From Chiloscyllium plagiosum (lineage: Eukaryota): DNA of 64,000 nucleotides. Each line of letters opens with the position of its first letter. Positions within the stretch are counted from its first letter, which is position 1. Shown here piece by piece: positions 1-13,434 of this stretch. The notes beneath the pieces were generated by a model. That model made no database searches, had not been told where the DNA came from, and saw only the letters and a list, made by a program, of their open reading frames with translations. The translations under genes and the position numbers were made by a program. Location of the stretch: assembly GCF_004010195.1 (NCBI RefSeq), contig NC_057711.1, positions 72,762,067 to 72,826,066 on the forward strand. The letters are read 5' to 3'.

Positions 1-2166
1 CAATTTTGACGGGAGTAGGCAAGAACTTTCAAAAGCTGATTGGAGGCAGATGTTCGCAGGTAAAGGGACAGCTGGAAAATGGGAAGCCTTCAGAAATGAG
101 ATAACAAGAATCCAGAGAAAGTATATTCCTGTCAGGGAGAAAGGGAAGGCTGGTAGGTATAGGGAATGCTGGATGACTAAAGAAATTGAGGGTTTGATAA
201 AGAAAAAGAAGGAAATATATGTCAGGATAGATCGAGTGAATCCTTCGAAGAGTATAAAGAAAGAAGGAGTATACTTAAGAGTGAAATCAGGAGGGCAAAA
301 CGGGGACATGAGATAGCTTTGGTAAATAGAATTAAGGAGAATCCAAAAGGGTTTTACAAATATATTAAGGACAAAAGGGTAACTAGGGAGAGAATAGGGC
401 CCCACAAAGATCAGCAAAGCAGCGTTTGTGTGGAGCCACAGAAAATGGGGGAGATACTACATGAATATTTTGCATCAGTATTTACTGTGGAAAAGGATAT
501 GGAAGATATAGACTGTAGGGAAATAGATGGTGACATTTTGCAAAATGTCCAGATTACAGAGGAGGAAGTGCTGGATGTCTTGAAACGGTTAAAGGTGGAT
601 AAATCCCCAGGACCTGATCAGGTGTACCCGAGAACTCTGTGGGAAGCTAGGGAAGTGATTGCTGGGCCTCTTGCTGAGATATTTGTATCATCAATAGTCA
701 CAGGTGAGGCGCCAGAAGGCTGGAGGTTGGCAAACGTGGTGCCACTTTTAAGAAGGGTGGTAAGGACAAGCCAGGGAACTATAGACAAGTGAGCCTGAAT
801 TCAGTGGTGGGCATGTTGTTGGAGGGAATCCTGAGGGACAGGATGTACATGTATTTGGAAAGGCAAGGACTGATTCGGGATAGTCAACATGGCTTTGTGC
901 GTGGGAAATCATGTCTCACAAACTTGATTGAATTTTTTGAAGAAATAACAAAGAAGATTGATGGGGGCAGAGCAGTGGATGTGATCTATATGGACTTCAG
1001 TAAGGCATTCGACAAGGTTCCCCATGCAGACTGGTTAGCAAGGTTAGATCTCATGGAATACAGGGAGAACTAGCCATTGGATACAGAACTGGCTCAAAGG
1101 TAGAAGACAGAGGGTGGTGGTGGAGGGTTGTTTTTTCAAACTGGAGACCTGTGACCAGTGGAGTGCCACAAGGATCGGTGCTGGGTCCTCTACTTTTTGT
1201 CATTTACATAAATTATTTGAATGCGAGCATAAGATGTACAGTTAGTAATTTTGCAGATGACACCAAAATTGGACGTGTAGTGGACAGCGAAGAGGGTTAC
1301 CTCAGATTACAATAGGATCTGGACCAGATGGACCAATGGGCTGAGAAGTGGCAGATGGAGTTTAATTCAGATAAATGCAAGGTGCTGCATTTTGGGAAAG
1401 CAAATGTTAGCAGGACTTATACACTTAATGGTAACGTCCTAGGGAGTGTTGCTGAACAAAGAGACCTTGGAGTGCAGGTTCATAGCTCCTTGAAAGTCGT
1501 GTCACAGGTAGATAGGGTAGTGAAGAAGGCGTTTGGTATGCTTTCCTTTATTGGTCAGAGTATTGAGTACAGGAGTTGGGAGGTCATGTTGCGGCTGTAC
1601 AGGCCATTGGTTAGGCCACTGTTGGAATATTACGTGCAATTCTAGTCTCCTTCCTATCGGAAAGATGTTGTGAAACTTGAAAGAGTTCAGAAAAGATTTA
1701 CAAGGATGTTGCCAGGTTTAGAGGATCTGAACTACAGGGAGAGGCTGAACAGGCTGAGGCTATTTTCCCTGGATCGTCGGAGGCTGAGGGGTGACTTTAT
1801 AGAGGTTTATAAAATTATGAGGGGCATGGATAGGATAAATAGGCAAAGTCTTTTCCCTGGGGTCAGGGAGTCCAGAACTAGAGGGAATAGGTTTAGGGTG
1901 AGAGGGGAAAGATATAAAAGAGACCTAAGGGGCAACCTTTTCACACAGAGGGTGGTACATGTATGGAATGAGCTGCCAGAGGAAGTGGTGTAGGCTGGCA
2001 CAATTGCAACATTTAAGAGGCATTTGGATGGGTATATGAATAGGAAGGGTTTGGAGGGATATGGGCCGGGCGCTGGCAGGTGGGACTAGATTGGATTGGG
2101 ATATCTGGTCGGCATGGACGGGTTGGAACAACCGTGCTGTACATCTCTTTGACTCTATGACTCTAT
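1..2166 (+). mobile_element. CR1-clade LINE (HER1-like), ORF2 RT region and 3' end, frameshifted; continues upstream of window
   Basis: Split ORFs with CR1 RT motifs KSPGPD, QHGFVRGKSCLTNL, YMDFSKAFDKVPH, GVPQGSVLGP, FADDTK; ends in GACTCTATGACTCTAT at 2151-2166. Confidence 0.95.
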
Positions 2167-2529
2167 CTGCAGTCATTGTTTTTACCCAATAGTGTCCTAA
2201 GCAATGTCCTGTATAGCTGCAACATGAGCTAAATATTCTTCCATCAATTTTTAGCGCACAGTTATCAACATTTCGATTATTACACATCTCTGTGTAAAAA
2301 AAGCAAACTGCTTAAGTTTTCTCAAGTGAAAGAAAGAGAAATTTTCTTCCATACTAACCACAAGAAAATATTGTAAAAATGCAACATCAAAAACAGGCAC
2401 AAGTACAGGTATTAAATTTTAAAACAGAGAATGTTGCAGACAGTGAGAGAAAAGGCTGCACAGTATGAGTGTCTTTTAAATCTTTGAGTCTAAAATTTTG
2501 ACCAAGGCTGCAGTTGATTAATTATTGAC

Positions 2530-2870
2530 TCAGCATCACAGAAGTCTTATGACCCAGGTAGGGGTCATTCTGCCCATCATGTTTGCACGGATTCTTCAAA
2601 TGAGCATCATTATCAAGTGTGAATCTCCTGCTTTCTCCTCATACCCATGCACATTATTTTTTATCTAAATAATCATTCAATGCCCTCTCAGATTCCTTAG
2701 TTGAATCTTGTCTCCCACTGCATATCCAGGCAGTGCATTCCATAGTATAACTACTCGCTGAGAAAAATTGTTTATCTTGCATCACTCTAGCTTCTTTTGT
2801 AAAATCACTTTACATCTATTTCCCCTCTTGTTCTTGTTCCTGGGAACCATTTCTCTCCATCTACCCTGAT
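2530..2870 (-). mobile_element. Highly degenerate CR1 3' end fragment
   Basis: Weak resemblance to the reverse complement of CR1 3' ends (ggcagtgcattccat...actactcgctg..aaaa). Confidence 0.5.
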
Positions 2871-4214
2871 CCTCTTATTTGTTTTTTCACTTCCTCTCTG
2901 AACCTTCAATATTCCTCTTGATTGTCAATGTTGTTTTCCATGGAAACCCATCATAAGCACACTTTTTCTTTTTAAACTGAATTTTTTAATCTCCTTTTTT
3001 TTTGACCCACCTTTCCCATTTGATGTGAATGTACTTTTATTGTACGGGAATCATCTAGTTTTTGAAGGTAGTCCATCATCTCATTAACTCATTTCTGCAA
3101 CAATAGCAAGGTGTGTACATATCTTTGAGTTCCATGAATGCTTGTTTTTCCCAAGTTGTTGTTTCACCAGGCATTGTTTTCCAAGATAACAGGAAGGGAA
3201 AGAATGTAAGCAGACCATGTTCTTGTAATTAATCCATGTTTTTCGCTGCACTGCAACTCAAAAGCAAGGGCTGAAATATTACTTAGTGTGTAGTTTAGTG
3301 TATAGCTCCATTGTCTTTTTAAATGGCTGACTGGCAGGAAAGCTTTTCATCTCCTGATGCATGAACCTATTATACATGTGGGAGTTAACCAGGAAGCAAA
3401 TGCCTTGACCCTAACTTAGTTGCCTAGTTTCAATTTGTTGAGATAAAAACGGTAATTTCAGTCTGGGCATATTGTTTCTCTACATAGGTGTCATAAAATT
3501 TGCCTCAATCAGTGGTCAGGTGACTACTGCACCTGTGTTCCTTAACTTAAAAATCCATTTTAGTTCATGTTAAGTTTCAGGTATTAGATGATGGAAGTTA
3601 AAATTTGATTGTCAAAATTTGTCATAATTGTAACATTATTTAGTTGCAGTCGGGAAGAGTAGAATCCAGCATTTAGTAAGTCATTTGCTTTACTTCCACA
3701 GACATTCAATATTCAACAATATTTATTCAATTTATTCAATAATAAAGAAAATTAAATAACTGTTTTTCTAAAATAATGTTCAAGCATTTGTTTTCCTTCA
3801 TGCATACTTAATAAAATGATTCGGTAAACAGTCTCAATTATTGAGTAAAATGATTTCAATTTTGTTCAAACATGTTTTATTGCCTTATTTGACTGACTGA
3901 GTAGATTATAAGTAATGACCTGAAGGAGTAATTGTGTACTCTATGATTAAAGGAGAACTGGGAATAATCTATGTACAGAAGTTTCCTATATTCTTATTAA
4001 TATAATTTGTTCCTTTATGGTTGCTGCTGTTAGGTCAGATGAGTTACACTTCAATTCACGAATTATTTAATACTAAAACTATCATCATAAAACATTCAGA
4101 CACACCAGAAATGTATTCCTGCCCTCCCTCCCTGACCTTAAAACACCTTCTTTCTACATTATTCTAAAAATAGAAATAGCAAATGGAGAAAGAAAAAAAA
4201 TCCCGTTCTACTTT

Positions 4215-5130
4215 TAGAGCAGTGGGTAGTGACAATGTCTCTTGGCTGAGTAATTCATCTGTACAGGCTGATGTTCTGTATGGTCCCAAATCCCACTGCA
4301 TCAGCAGTTGAAATTTAAATTCAATTAATAAATTTCAATTTAAAAGCTAGTCCAGTAGTAACCATGAAATGATTGTTGTAAAAGCCCATCATGGTAACTG
4401 ATAAGATGGAAATCTGCTCTCCTTTCTTGTCCACTAGTGGCCCCTGACCTACAATAATGTGGTTGACTCTTAATTGCCCTGTGAAGTGTCTGACAATTGT
4501 ATCAAACTACCACAGTGTCTAAATGGAATGAAATCAGACAGGCCATCTGTTCTAGGCACAGAAAGGAAAATGGCCGTTGACTGTGCAAAGTCCTTCATGC
4601 TAGCATCTGGGGGCATGTGCCAAAATCGGGAGAGCAGTCTCACAAACTTGATAAAGGGCATATGCCTGAAACCTCGATTCTCCTGTTCCTTGGATGCTGC
4701 CTGAACTGCTGAGCTTTTCCAGTATCACACTCTCAACTCTGATCTCTAGCGTATGCAGTCCTCACTTTCTCCTCCCTGTCTCACAGACTAGTCAAGTTGC
4801 AGCCTGACATTGACGCACAGAATCAATACTCACAGACAATATCTGAGATGCCACCAACACCATCCTTAGGGATATTTTGTCCTACCGGAGGTTGTAGCAC
4901 AGTGCTATACAGTCAAGAAAGAATTGTACTGGGAGTCCTCAACATTAACTTCAGATCACTAAAATCTCATGATATCACATGAGGCATGGATACAGCGAAA
5001 TCCCTTATTGATTACCAACGACCGCCTCCCCACGATTTCATAAATCAGTTTTCTTTCACTTTGAGGGAAGAAGCACTGAGAGTACCATGCACACAGAATG
5101 TACTCAAGGAAGGGGACTTTAATGTCCACT
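4215..5130 (+). mobile_element. 5' portion of a second LINE family (tRNA-like head, start of APE endonuclease)
   Basis: Collinear with 55397-56130 (ggaaatctgc, gagtcctcaacatt, gaagcactgag); GDFNVH motif at ~5112. Confidence 0.65.
4648..4775 (+). mobile_element. Short PLE-terminus insertion (family A) with decayed hammerhead core
   Basis: ttgataa-agggc-atat-gcct-gaaa-cctc then ggatgctgcctgaactgctgagcttttccag; imperfect flanking duplication gtctcaca(a/g)act. Confidence 0.75.
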
Positions 5131-5690
5131 GTCACAGAGTCATAGAATCAAAAGAGTTGCACAGCATTGAAACAAAAACTTCGGTCCAACTCGTCCATGT
5201 TGACCAGATATCCTAAACTAATCGAGTCCCATTTGCCAGCATTTTCCCCATATCCCTCTAAAACTTTCCTATTCATATACCCATCCAGATGCCTTTTAAA
5301 TGTTGTAATTGTACCAGCCTCCAACACTTCCTCTGGCAGCTGATTCCATGCATGCACCACCCTTTGTGTGAAAACGTTGTCCCTTAGGTCCCATTTAAAT
5401 CTTTCCCTTCTTTCCCTAAACCTATGCCCTCTAGTCCTGGACTCCCCTACCCCAGAGAAAATACCTTGTCTACTTACCCTATTCATGCCCTCATGATTTT
5501 ATAAACCTCTATAAGGCCACCCCTCAGCCTCCGACGCTCCAGGAAAAACATCCCCAGCCTATTCAGCCTCTCCCTATAGCTCAAATCCTCCAACCCTGGC
5601 AACATACTTTTTTGAACCTTTTCAAGTTTCACAACATCAGGAGGGACACCAGAATTGCACACAATATTCCAAAAGTGGTCTAATCAAGTC
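5131..5690 (-). mobile_element. CR1 LINE 3' end, 5'-truncated
   Basis: ORF 5148-5486 ESRTRGHRFR..FTQRVVHAWNQLPEEV; inverted tail agagtcatagaatc. Confidence 0.93.
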
Positions 5691-6120
5691 TATGAAAATA
5701 AATTACCAGGCAATAGTCGGGGTAGATTTCTGGCACCTTCCTCCTTTTTGTACTGGATCTAAGAACCTGTTTGATTAACAATTGTTGAAAATGTACCATT
5801 AGTTCATGTAAAAAAAAAGGCATTTACCTCACACTATTGTTTGTTAAAAGACCTGCAGCATTGGCATTATAAATTGACAAATACAAAAGATGGCACAGAC
5901 ACTTTGACAAGGGTTCTTTTGATAACTACTTCAATCCGAGAGCAAGCAATATTCTTGAAAGTTCAATGAGAGCTCAGCATTCAAAGAAATTTCATTTGTG
6001 ACCTTTCCAGATTAGTGGAAAACTGTGACTATGGAACTTTGAAATCAGAATTTGTAAGATTCAGAATTGTTTTTGGTATTTAATGATGAGCCTTTATAAG
6101 ATTCATTGCAGTATAAAAAA

Positions 6121-6266
6121 ACTTAAAAATCACATAACACCAGGAGATTGTGGAGGAGCAGCACTCCAAAAGCTAGTGCTTCCAATTAAACCTGTTGGAC
6201 TATAACCTGGTGTTGTGTGATTTTTAACTTTGTACACCCCAGTCCAATACAGGCATCTCCAAATCA
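6121..6266 (+). mobile_element. Short PLE-terminus insertion (family B) with partial fold-back
   Basis: Matches 47828-47919; inverted arms ttaaaaatcacataacaccagg / cctggtgttgtgtgatttttaa; TSD agtataaaaaa at 6110-6120 and 6267-6277. Confidence 0.8.
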
Positions 6267-6751
6267 AGTATAAAAAACATTTGGCTTTGGAGCCATCAAA
6301 TCAAATGGTGCTGGAGGATGTAACTCCGAAGATGGACGAGGGAAATCCAGTAGATGTAGTGTACCTGGACTTTCAGAAAGCTTTTGATAAAGTCCCACAT
6401 AGGAGGTTAGTGAGCAAAATTAGGGCGCATGGTATTGGGGGCAAAGTACTAACTTGGATTGAAAGTTGGTTGGCTGATAGGAAACAAAGAATAGTGATAA
6501 ACGGCTCCATTTCGGAATGGCAGGCAGTGACCAGTGGGGTACCGCAGGGATCAGTACTGGGACCACAGCTTTTTACAATATATGTTAATGATATAAAAGA
6601 TGGTATTAGTAATAACATTAGCAAATTTGCTGATGACACAAAGCTGGGTGGCAGGGTGAAATGTGAGGAGGACGTTAGGAGATTACAGAGTGACCTGGAC
6701 AAGTTAGGTGAGTGGGCAGATGCATGGCAGATGCAGCTTATTGTGGATAAA

Positions 6752-6784
6752 TTAGATTAGATTAGATTACTTACAGTGTGGAAA
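6752..6784 (-). mobile_element. 3' tail of an antisense SINE/LINE running into the gap
   Basis: (ttaga)n then tacagtgtggaaa, the same tail as the SINE at 38497-38797. Confidence 0.65.
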
Positions 6785-6978
6785 NNNNNNNNNNNNNNNN
6801 NNNNNNNNNNNNNNNNNNNNNNNNNNNNNNNNNNNNNNNNNNNNNNNNNNNNNNNNNNNNNNNNNNNNNNNNNNNNNNNNNNNNNNNNNNNNNNNNNNNN
6901 NNNNNNNNNNNNNNNNNNNNNNNNNNNNNNNNNNNNNNNNNNNNNNNNNNNNNNNNNNNNNNNNNNNNNNNNNNNNNN
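6785..6978. other. Assembly gap (194 N)
   Basis: N run. Confidence 1.
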
Positions 6979-8144
6979 AAGGTTTGGACACTCTGGAGGC
7001 AGGAAACATGTTTCCGCTGATGGGCGAGTGCTGAACCAGAGGACACAGCTTAAAAATATGGGGTAGACCATTTAGGACAGAGATGAGGAGAAACTTCTTC
7101 ACCCAGAGAGTGGTGGCTGTGTGGAATGCTCTGCCCCAGAGGGCAGTGGAGGCCCAGTCTCTGGATTCATTTAAGAAAGAGTTGGACAGAGCTCTCAAGG
7201 ATAGTGGAATCAAGGGTTATGGAGATAAGGCAGGAGCAGGATACTGATTAAGGATGATCAGCCATGATCATATTGAATGGTGGTGCAGGCTTGAAGGGCA
7301 GAATGACCTACTCCTGGACCTATTGTATTTTGTCTATTGGAAGCAAACACCAGGCAGAATCATAACCAAAGCTGCGAGGAGAAAGACAGAGATAAACAGG
7401 AAAGCAACAGAATCTAACCACTTTTTAAGATGTAAATACTTTAAAGACACACAGAATGCCTAGTTTTGACAAAGCATGATATTGCTATAAAACAATAGTT
7501 CACTTCCAGAAAATGTGCAGAAGTAAGACAGTGTTAGAGCAGCAAAAAGCCAAATGATTATTCACACAAAGGTAATCGAACTTCCACTACTTAAAAGATG
7601 CTGAAGGCTATCCTAAGGGAAATTGATGACTCAACTGATTCAAGTTTGACAGAGGTTATTTATATTAATGAACAGCTCAATTACTTAAAGCTTGATACTG
7701 GGTGAGTGTCACTGCTCAATCAGATCAAATATTATGGCTGCAGAAATGGATGCTATAGCCTACAGAAATGAAACTATATGCTGTCAAGGTTAAAGGTGTG
7801 CTACAAGGGACACTGCAACACCAAAAGAGAGTTGGAAATGTGTACACTTCTCAAATTTGTGCCAGCAGTTAAATCTTGACTTTGGCATCCTTGTACTAGC
7901 AGCAACTCACCGTGATCCAAGAGATCAACGGTCCCCGAACAAATCATTGTGAGCTAACCAAAAAAGAGCGCATCTGTAGAAGATTTTGTTGAGCTTCTTG
8001 GGCTCATGACAAAACTCAAAAGGAAGAAAGACTATATTGAGATTACCAATGGTGGCATAAGATACTTGTTTTATACTATCAACAGGAATGAAGCTCATTA
8101 CTTAACAGGGATTGTGGAAATGTTTCCCATTCCTATCAACATTT

Positions 8145-8446
8145 GGGGTGGCATGGTGGCTCGGTGGCCAGCACTGCTACCTCACAGCACCAGGGTCCCA
8201 GGTTTGATTCCAGCCTTGGGTGACTGTCTGTGTGGAGTTTGCACATTCTCCCCATATCTGTCCGGGTTTGCTCCAGTTTCGTCCCACAGTCCAAAGATGC
8301 GCAGGTCAGGTGAATTGGCCATGCTAAATTGTCCATAGTGCTAGGTGCACTAGTCAGAGGGAAATGGGTCTGGGTCGGTTACTCTTCAGAGGTTTGGTGT
8401 CGACTGGTTGGGCGAAGGGCCAGTTTCCACACTAGGAAATCTAATC
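8145..8446 (+). mobile_element. tRNA-derived V-SINE (HE1-like)
   Basis: A-box tggctcggtgg, B-box ggtttgattcc, central tgtggagtttgcacattctccc, LINE-like tail gtttccacact...tctaatc. Confidence 0.88.
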
Positions 8447-9365
8447 ACCAAAACAAGACAAAATATCCAATATTGTGTTGTATTTGGCTCATCTCTAACA
8501 TTATATCTTGGAAGTAACATTATTGCTTCTGCCATTTTCTTTTAATTTCCTATTATTTTCGCTTTAAAGGTGATTAAAACCTGTAATATCTCAATACTGT
8601 TTGTAATCTGCATGCTTTTGAGATTTTAAACATGCATTAAATCAATGCTGCTGTATTTTTCTGCTTACACAATTTTTAAGCTCTGCTCAATGGCAATGGG
8701 ATGTATCTGCCCCTGTTTAAAAACTTTAAAAGTCTGCGTCATAACAATTTTTTTTCAAATAAAGGGTTTAATTTTGTTTTTATGGCAATGCCACAGCATT
8801 TGATTTCTGTTCAAGTTTAAATTTTGTAACATACTGTATCTCTGTATTGCTTGATGGGGATTTCACAAATGTGTTTGCAATGAAAAATTATGTTTGCCCA
8901 CTCCCCAAGGTAGATGCTGCAGCCTAGATGCAAGTTTCCCACTTCTTCATGAGTGAGATAGACACTTTCTCACTGAAAACATGAGCAACACCCTTGTCCC
9001 CGATTTTTGTCTATGGCCTTAATAAATCTTTCTGTCAAATTTGTAGTTTAAATCATGTATCACCTGACATTAAATTATTGTAACAATTTTTTCCTCTATG
9101 TTATAAATCTTTTAAATAACTATTTTGTTACTGTGCATTTGCTGTGCCCCATTCCTCAGTATACATTAACTTAATAGTCCTTGGCTTTGTCTTGGAGTGC
9201 GCTGACTAAAGTGCTGATACATATTATGAACATAAGTGTTCCTTTTTTTTTCAGCCTATCTTTCCCAACTTGTTCCTTTACATAATTACTTTAGAGATCT
9301 TCCCCCTCACCTACAGAATCTTTAAGTTTATTCATAAGACTTCAAATACCAAGTCTCTATAGAAC

Positions 9366-9544
9366 AGTCGAGAGTGTGGTGCTGGAAAAGCACAGTAGGT
9401 CAGGCAGCATCCAAGGGCTTCCTGATGAAGGGCTTTTGCATGAAACGTCGATTTTCCTGCTCCTCAGATGCTGCCTGACTTGCTGTGATTTTCCAGCACC
9501 ACACTCTCGACTCTAATCTCCAGCATCTGCAGACCTCACTTTCA
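9366..9544 (+). mobile_element. Fold-back PLE-terminus insertion (family A)
   Basis: 46-nt inverted arms 9366-9411 / 9467-9512; TSD ctctat(a/t)gaac at 9355-9365 and 9545-9555. Confidence 0.88.
9418..9453 (+). ncRNA. Minimal type I hammerhead ribozyme motif
   Basis: CTGATGA-A-GGGC-TTTT-GCAT-GAAA-CG-TC; catalytic core intact, one stem II mismatch. Confidence 0.7.
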
Positions 9545-10029
9545 CTCTATTGAACTGTCTCTACAGAACCTTCTTCTCTAAGGATTCTATGACTGCTCGT
9601 AAACTCACTTGTCTTCTGAGACATTTTTCTGCCTGCTTGAATAGATTTTTGCATCTTTGTTATTTAAGCAATGATCCCACCACTGATCATAATATTGTAT
9701 GTATGCAGAGCTAACCATTACCCAGTAATGGTTAGGGTAGAGAGTTGCCAACACTCCTCCTTCCTGTACTGGATCTAGCAACCTGTACAGTTGACAGCAG
9801 AGGATGAACCATGTAATAGAAGGAGCACTTGTCTTAACAACAATATGTAGGTTATTCTGTGACAAGAATACTTATGTTACATTGGCTAGTTACATGTAAT
9901 TACAAAGACTATTGGAAGCTTGAGTTGACAAGTCTGAACCCATGAGAATCAAGAGCTGGCCTCGTGTTTCCATACACAAGAAATTATCAAATATTAACCC
10001 ATTCAAAACAATTTCTTTATATATCAATT

Positions 10030-12327
10030 ATCATAAGTGGCTCAGGGTGACACCTCAACTGTCTGAGTTTGATGAGTCATAATCACTTAGCTATTAGACT
10101 AGATCTGCAACAGGTGATGAAGGGTATTATAAGAGGTGAAAAAATACTTGACCTCATCCTCTATCATCAACCTATCACAGATCCATCTTCAATGACATGT
10201 AGAAACAATCATTGCATAGTCCTTGTGGAAATAAAATTCTATCTTCACATTCAGAACACTCTCTGTTATATTGTGTGGATGTTAAATGGAATAGGTTTCA
10301 AACTGAACAGACAACTCAAAACTGGACATCCATGAAGTGATGTCGGTCATCAACAGGGGCAGAATTTTATTCCAGCACAATCTGTAACCTTGTGGTTCAA
10401 TGTCTTCCTCATTCTACTCTTACCATCTACCCCGGAGATGAAACTTGGTTTGAGAAAGAGTACAGAAGATCAAAGCGGGAACAACATCTGGCGTACCTAA
10501 AAATGTCACATCAACCGACCTAGAAGCTACACCACAGGAATACTTCAGGCAGTGTGAGCAGCATCTGACTGACAAAGGTAAGCAATTTCACAACCAGTGG
10601 TTCAGATCTAAGATCTGCAGTCTTTCCATACCCAGTCAATTGTTAGTTGACCATTAAATAATTAGCAGTAGGAAGGGGAATTTCCACAGATGTCTCTATC
10701 CTTAATGATAGGTGAAGCCCAGCACTTCAGTGGGAGAGACAAGGTTAAAGCATTTGTAAGCATCTTCAGGTTGAATGGAAAGCATCGCTGGTCATAAGCA
10801 TCCCAGCCATCAGCCAATTCAATTCACTCGAGAAACAGTTGAATGTACTCGCTACTGCAATGGCTATGGCCCCTGACAACATTCCAGTAATAATGCTGAA
10901 GACCAGTTCTCCAGAACTAGCCACAGCCCCCAACTAAGTTGTTCCAGTTTATGTAATTCCATGTACTGTACTGGCATCCACTTGGAAAATTGCTCAAGTA
11001 TGTTCTATCCACAAAAAGCAGGGCAATTCCAAACCAAACACTCACTGCCTTAGTTGCTCAGCAATAAACCACTCACTGACACACAGTTTGGATTCTGCTC
11101 AGGTCACTCAGTTCCTGGCCTTATTATAGCCTTGGTGCAAACATGGAAGAAATAGCTGAATTCCACAGGAGAGGTGAGATTGACTGCCCTCAACATCAAG
11201 GCAGCATTTGATCAGACATAGCATCGAGGAGTTCTAGAAAAACTGTATTGACAGGAAATGGAGGGAAAACTTTCCATTTATTCATGTCATATCTAGCACA
11301 ATAGAAGGTATTTGTGATTGCTGGATGTCAATCATCTCAGTTCCAGAACATCAGTGCAGAGTCCCTCAGGGTAGTGTCAAAACCTCCATCTTCAGCAGCT
11401 TCATTAATGTCCTTCTTTCCATCATAATGTCAGAAGTGGGGATGTTAGCTGATGATTGCACAATATTCAGCATCATTTCTAACTTAGATACTGAAGCAGT
11501 TCATGTCCCTGTGCAGCAGGATGTAGAAAGCATCTAGGCATGGGTTGACAGTTGGCAAGCAATAGTCATGTTTCAAAATATCAGTCAATTACCACATTTA
11601 AGAAAAGAGAATCTAATCATTGCCCCATGATATTCAATGGTATTACCATCATTGACTCCTCCACGATCAACACGGGAGTTACCATTGGCTAAAAACTGAA
11701 CTGGAAGAGCCACGTAAATACCATGGCTACAAGACCAGGTTAGAGGCTGGGAATCCTGTGGTGAGTAACTCACCGTCTGTCTCCTCTCAAACCATCCACC
11801 ATCTACAAGGCACATATCAGGTGTTTGATGGAATAAACCATTTCCTGGATGAGTGCAGCTCTAGCAAGTCTCAAGGAGTTTGACATTATCCAGAAGAAAA
11901 AAACCTTCTTGATCAATAGCCCTGGAACCACCATAAACATTCACTCTTTCCAACTCCGATACATAGTAGCAGCAATATGCAACATCTACAAGGTCCAACA
12001 CACCAGAGTTGATTCCACAGCACCTTTGGAGTCTCTGAGCCCTACCACCCAGGAGTACAAGAGCAATAAATGCATGGGAACACCATCACCTGCAAGTTTC
12101 CTGTTCCCCTCCAGGCCACGTGTCACTGTAATTTGGAATTATATCACCATTCTTTTACTGTTATTCAAACAAAACTATGGAATTCCTTTCCCAACAACAA
12201 TGTTGGTATCCCTACAGCATGTGAACTGCAGTGATTCAAGGAGACAACTCTCTGCCACCTTCTCAAGTGCAATTAAGAAAGGGCAAAGAGGGCTGGTGTC
12301 CACATCCCCGAACAAATGAAACAAAAA
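10030..12327 (+). mobile_element. Degenerate LINE of the second family (ORF2 EN end, RT and 3' tail)
   Basis: AMAPDNIP, NIKAAFD, VPQGSV, MLADDCTIF; tail cacatccccgaacaaatgaaacaaaaaa; collinear with 60150-61443. Confidence 0.85.
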
Positions 12328-12649
12328 AGCACATATGTTAATAGATAAATAAATACATTAAAACGTACAAAATGATATTATTCATTATAGAAGGAAAAAA
12401 TCTATAACTGAAATTCTAAAAGGCCAAATCTTAATGCAGTTTAAAACGTATTTAGCATTTTCATTTCCATCCTGAAGATGACAATTTCTGAACAGTGTAT
12501 TTTATATTGTGGCATATTTTACCTTATACTTTTCCCTTTAAATTTCGCCCCTTGTTTCTCACCTTGTAGATACACTAGAATACAGAACTGCATGTGGTGC
12601 CGGTCCTTGACTCTGTATGTGTCCTAACATTGATGTAGTATTGCACATC

Positions 12650-12872
12650 CACAATGGTCTTTGTTCTACCATTAACAACTGTGCATTCAGCTGCCAAAAG
12701 GCACTAAACTCTGCAATTCCCTTCCAAAGTCTCCCCTCATTTAATGCATTCTTTAAAAGCTACCTCTTTGACAAAGCTTGTTATCACTTGTCTAATATCT
12801 GCTCCGGTGAAGCATCATGAGATGATTTATTGCATCGAAGACATTACATAATTGCAAACTGTTGTTGTTGTT
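12650..12872 (+). mobile_element. L2-like LINE 3' end
   Basis: aaaagctacctctttgacaaagctt...gtgaagc... ending in (gtt)n; similar copy at 17130-17480. Confidence 0.6.
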
Positions 12873-13434
12873 GAGAGACTATTTGATCAATGCTGGTCAT
12901 CATAGACACGTGAGACCGTACACAGCCACAAGTATACACTGTCATCAATCAGGAACTGCCAATTGTTCTCTCCCTAGCTCAGCAACACTGCATCAGCATT
13001 TTATTTCATTTCTAACTGCCTCCCTCAGCTGTCACCATCCTGTTAATGTCTGCTCAACTATTAGATTTTCTGCTAGTTTGCCTTACTTAATAGGAAATAA
13101 TACTTCATTTTTAAATCCTATGTACCATTTTTAGCAATTATAAATTTTACCTTTCGTTTTGCTGTCTTAAATTTGTGATTTATCTACCAAGTTCCAGCAT
13201 TGCCAGTTTGAATGATTTTACTTTTTTTTTCAATTTATATGATTCAAATGGATAAAAGGGAACATGTTCTCTCACTTTAATATATACTCAAAGACAATGC
13301 AAAATTAATAAATTAGTAACACAATTGTGAGTTTCAGCAATGATGCTGCCAATCTCTTTCAATGTTACTTCCAAATATCTTACTTTCCCACACAACTTGG
13401 TATTATTTGGAAGACATCATATATATATATACAC

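Larger units (their letters stand above)
6307..7338 (+). mobile_element. CR1 LINE (different subfamily), RT and 3' end, interrupted by an antisense tail and a gap
   Basis: YLDFQKAFDKVPH, GVPQGSVLGP, FADDTKLGG; after the gap RTRGHSLK..FFTQRVV..WNALP. Confidence 0.92.

Noticed and set aside
6757..7213. ORFs containing X runs (also 50305-50826)
   Set aside because: Artefacts of N gaps
8145..8220. tRNA gene candidates (also 38730-38797, 41858-41935)
   Set aside because: SINE heads followed by SINE body; no intact cloverleaf
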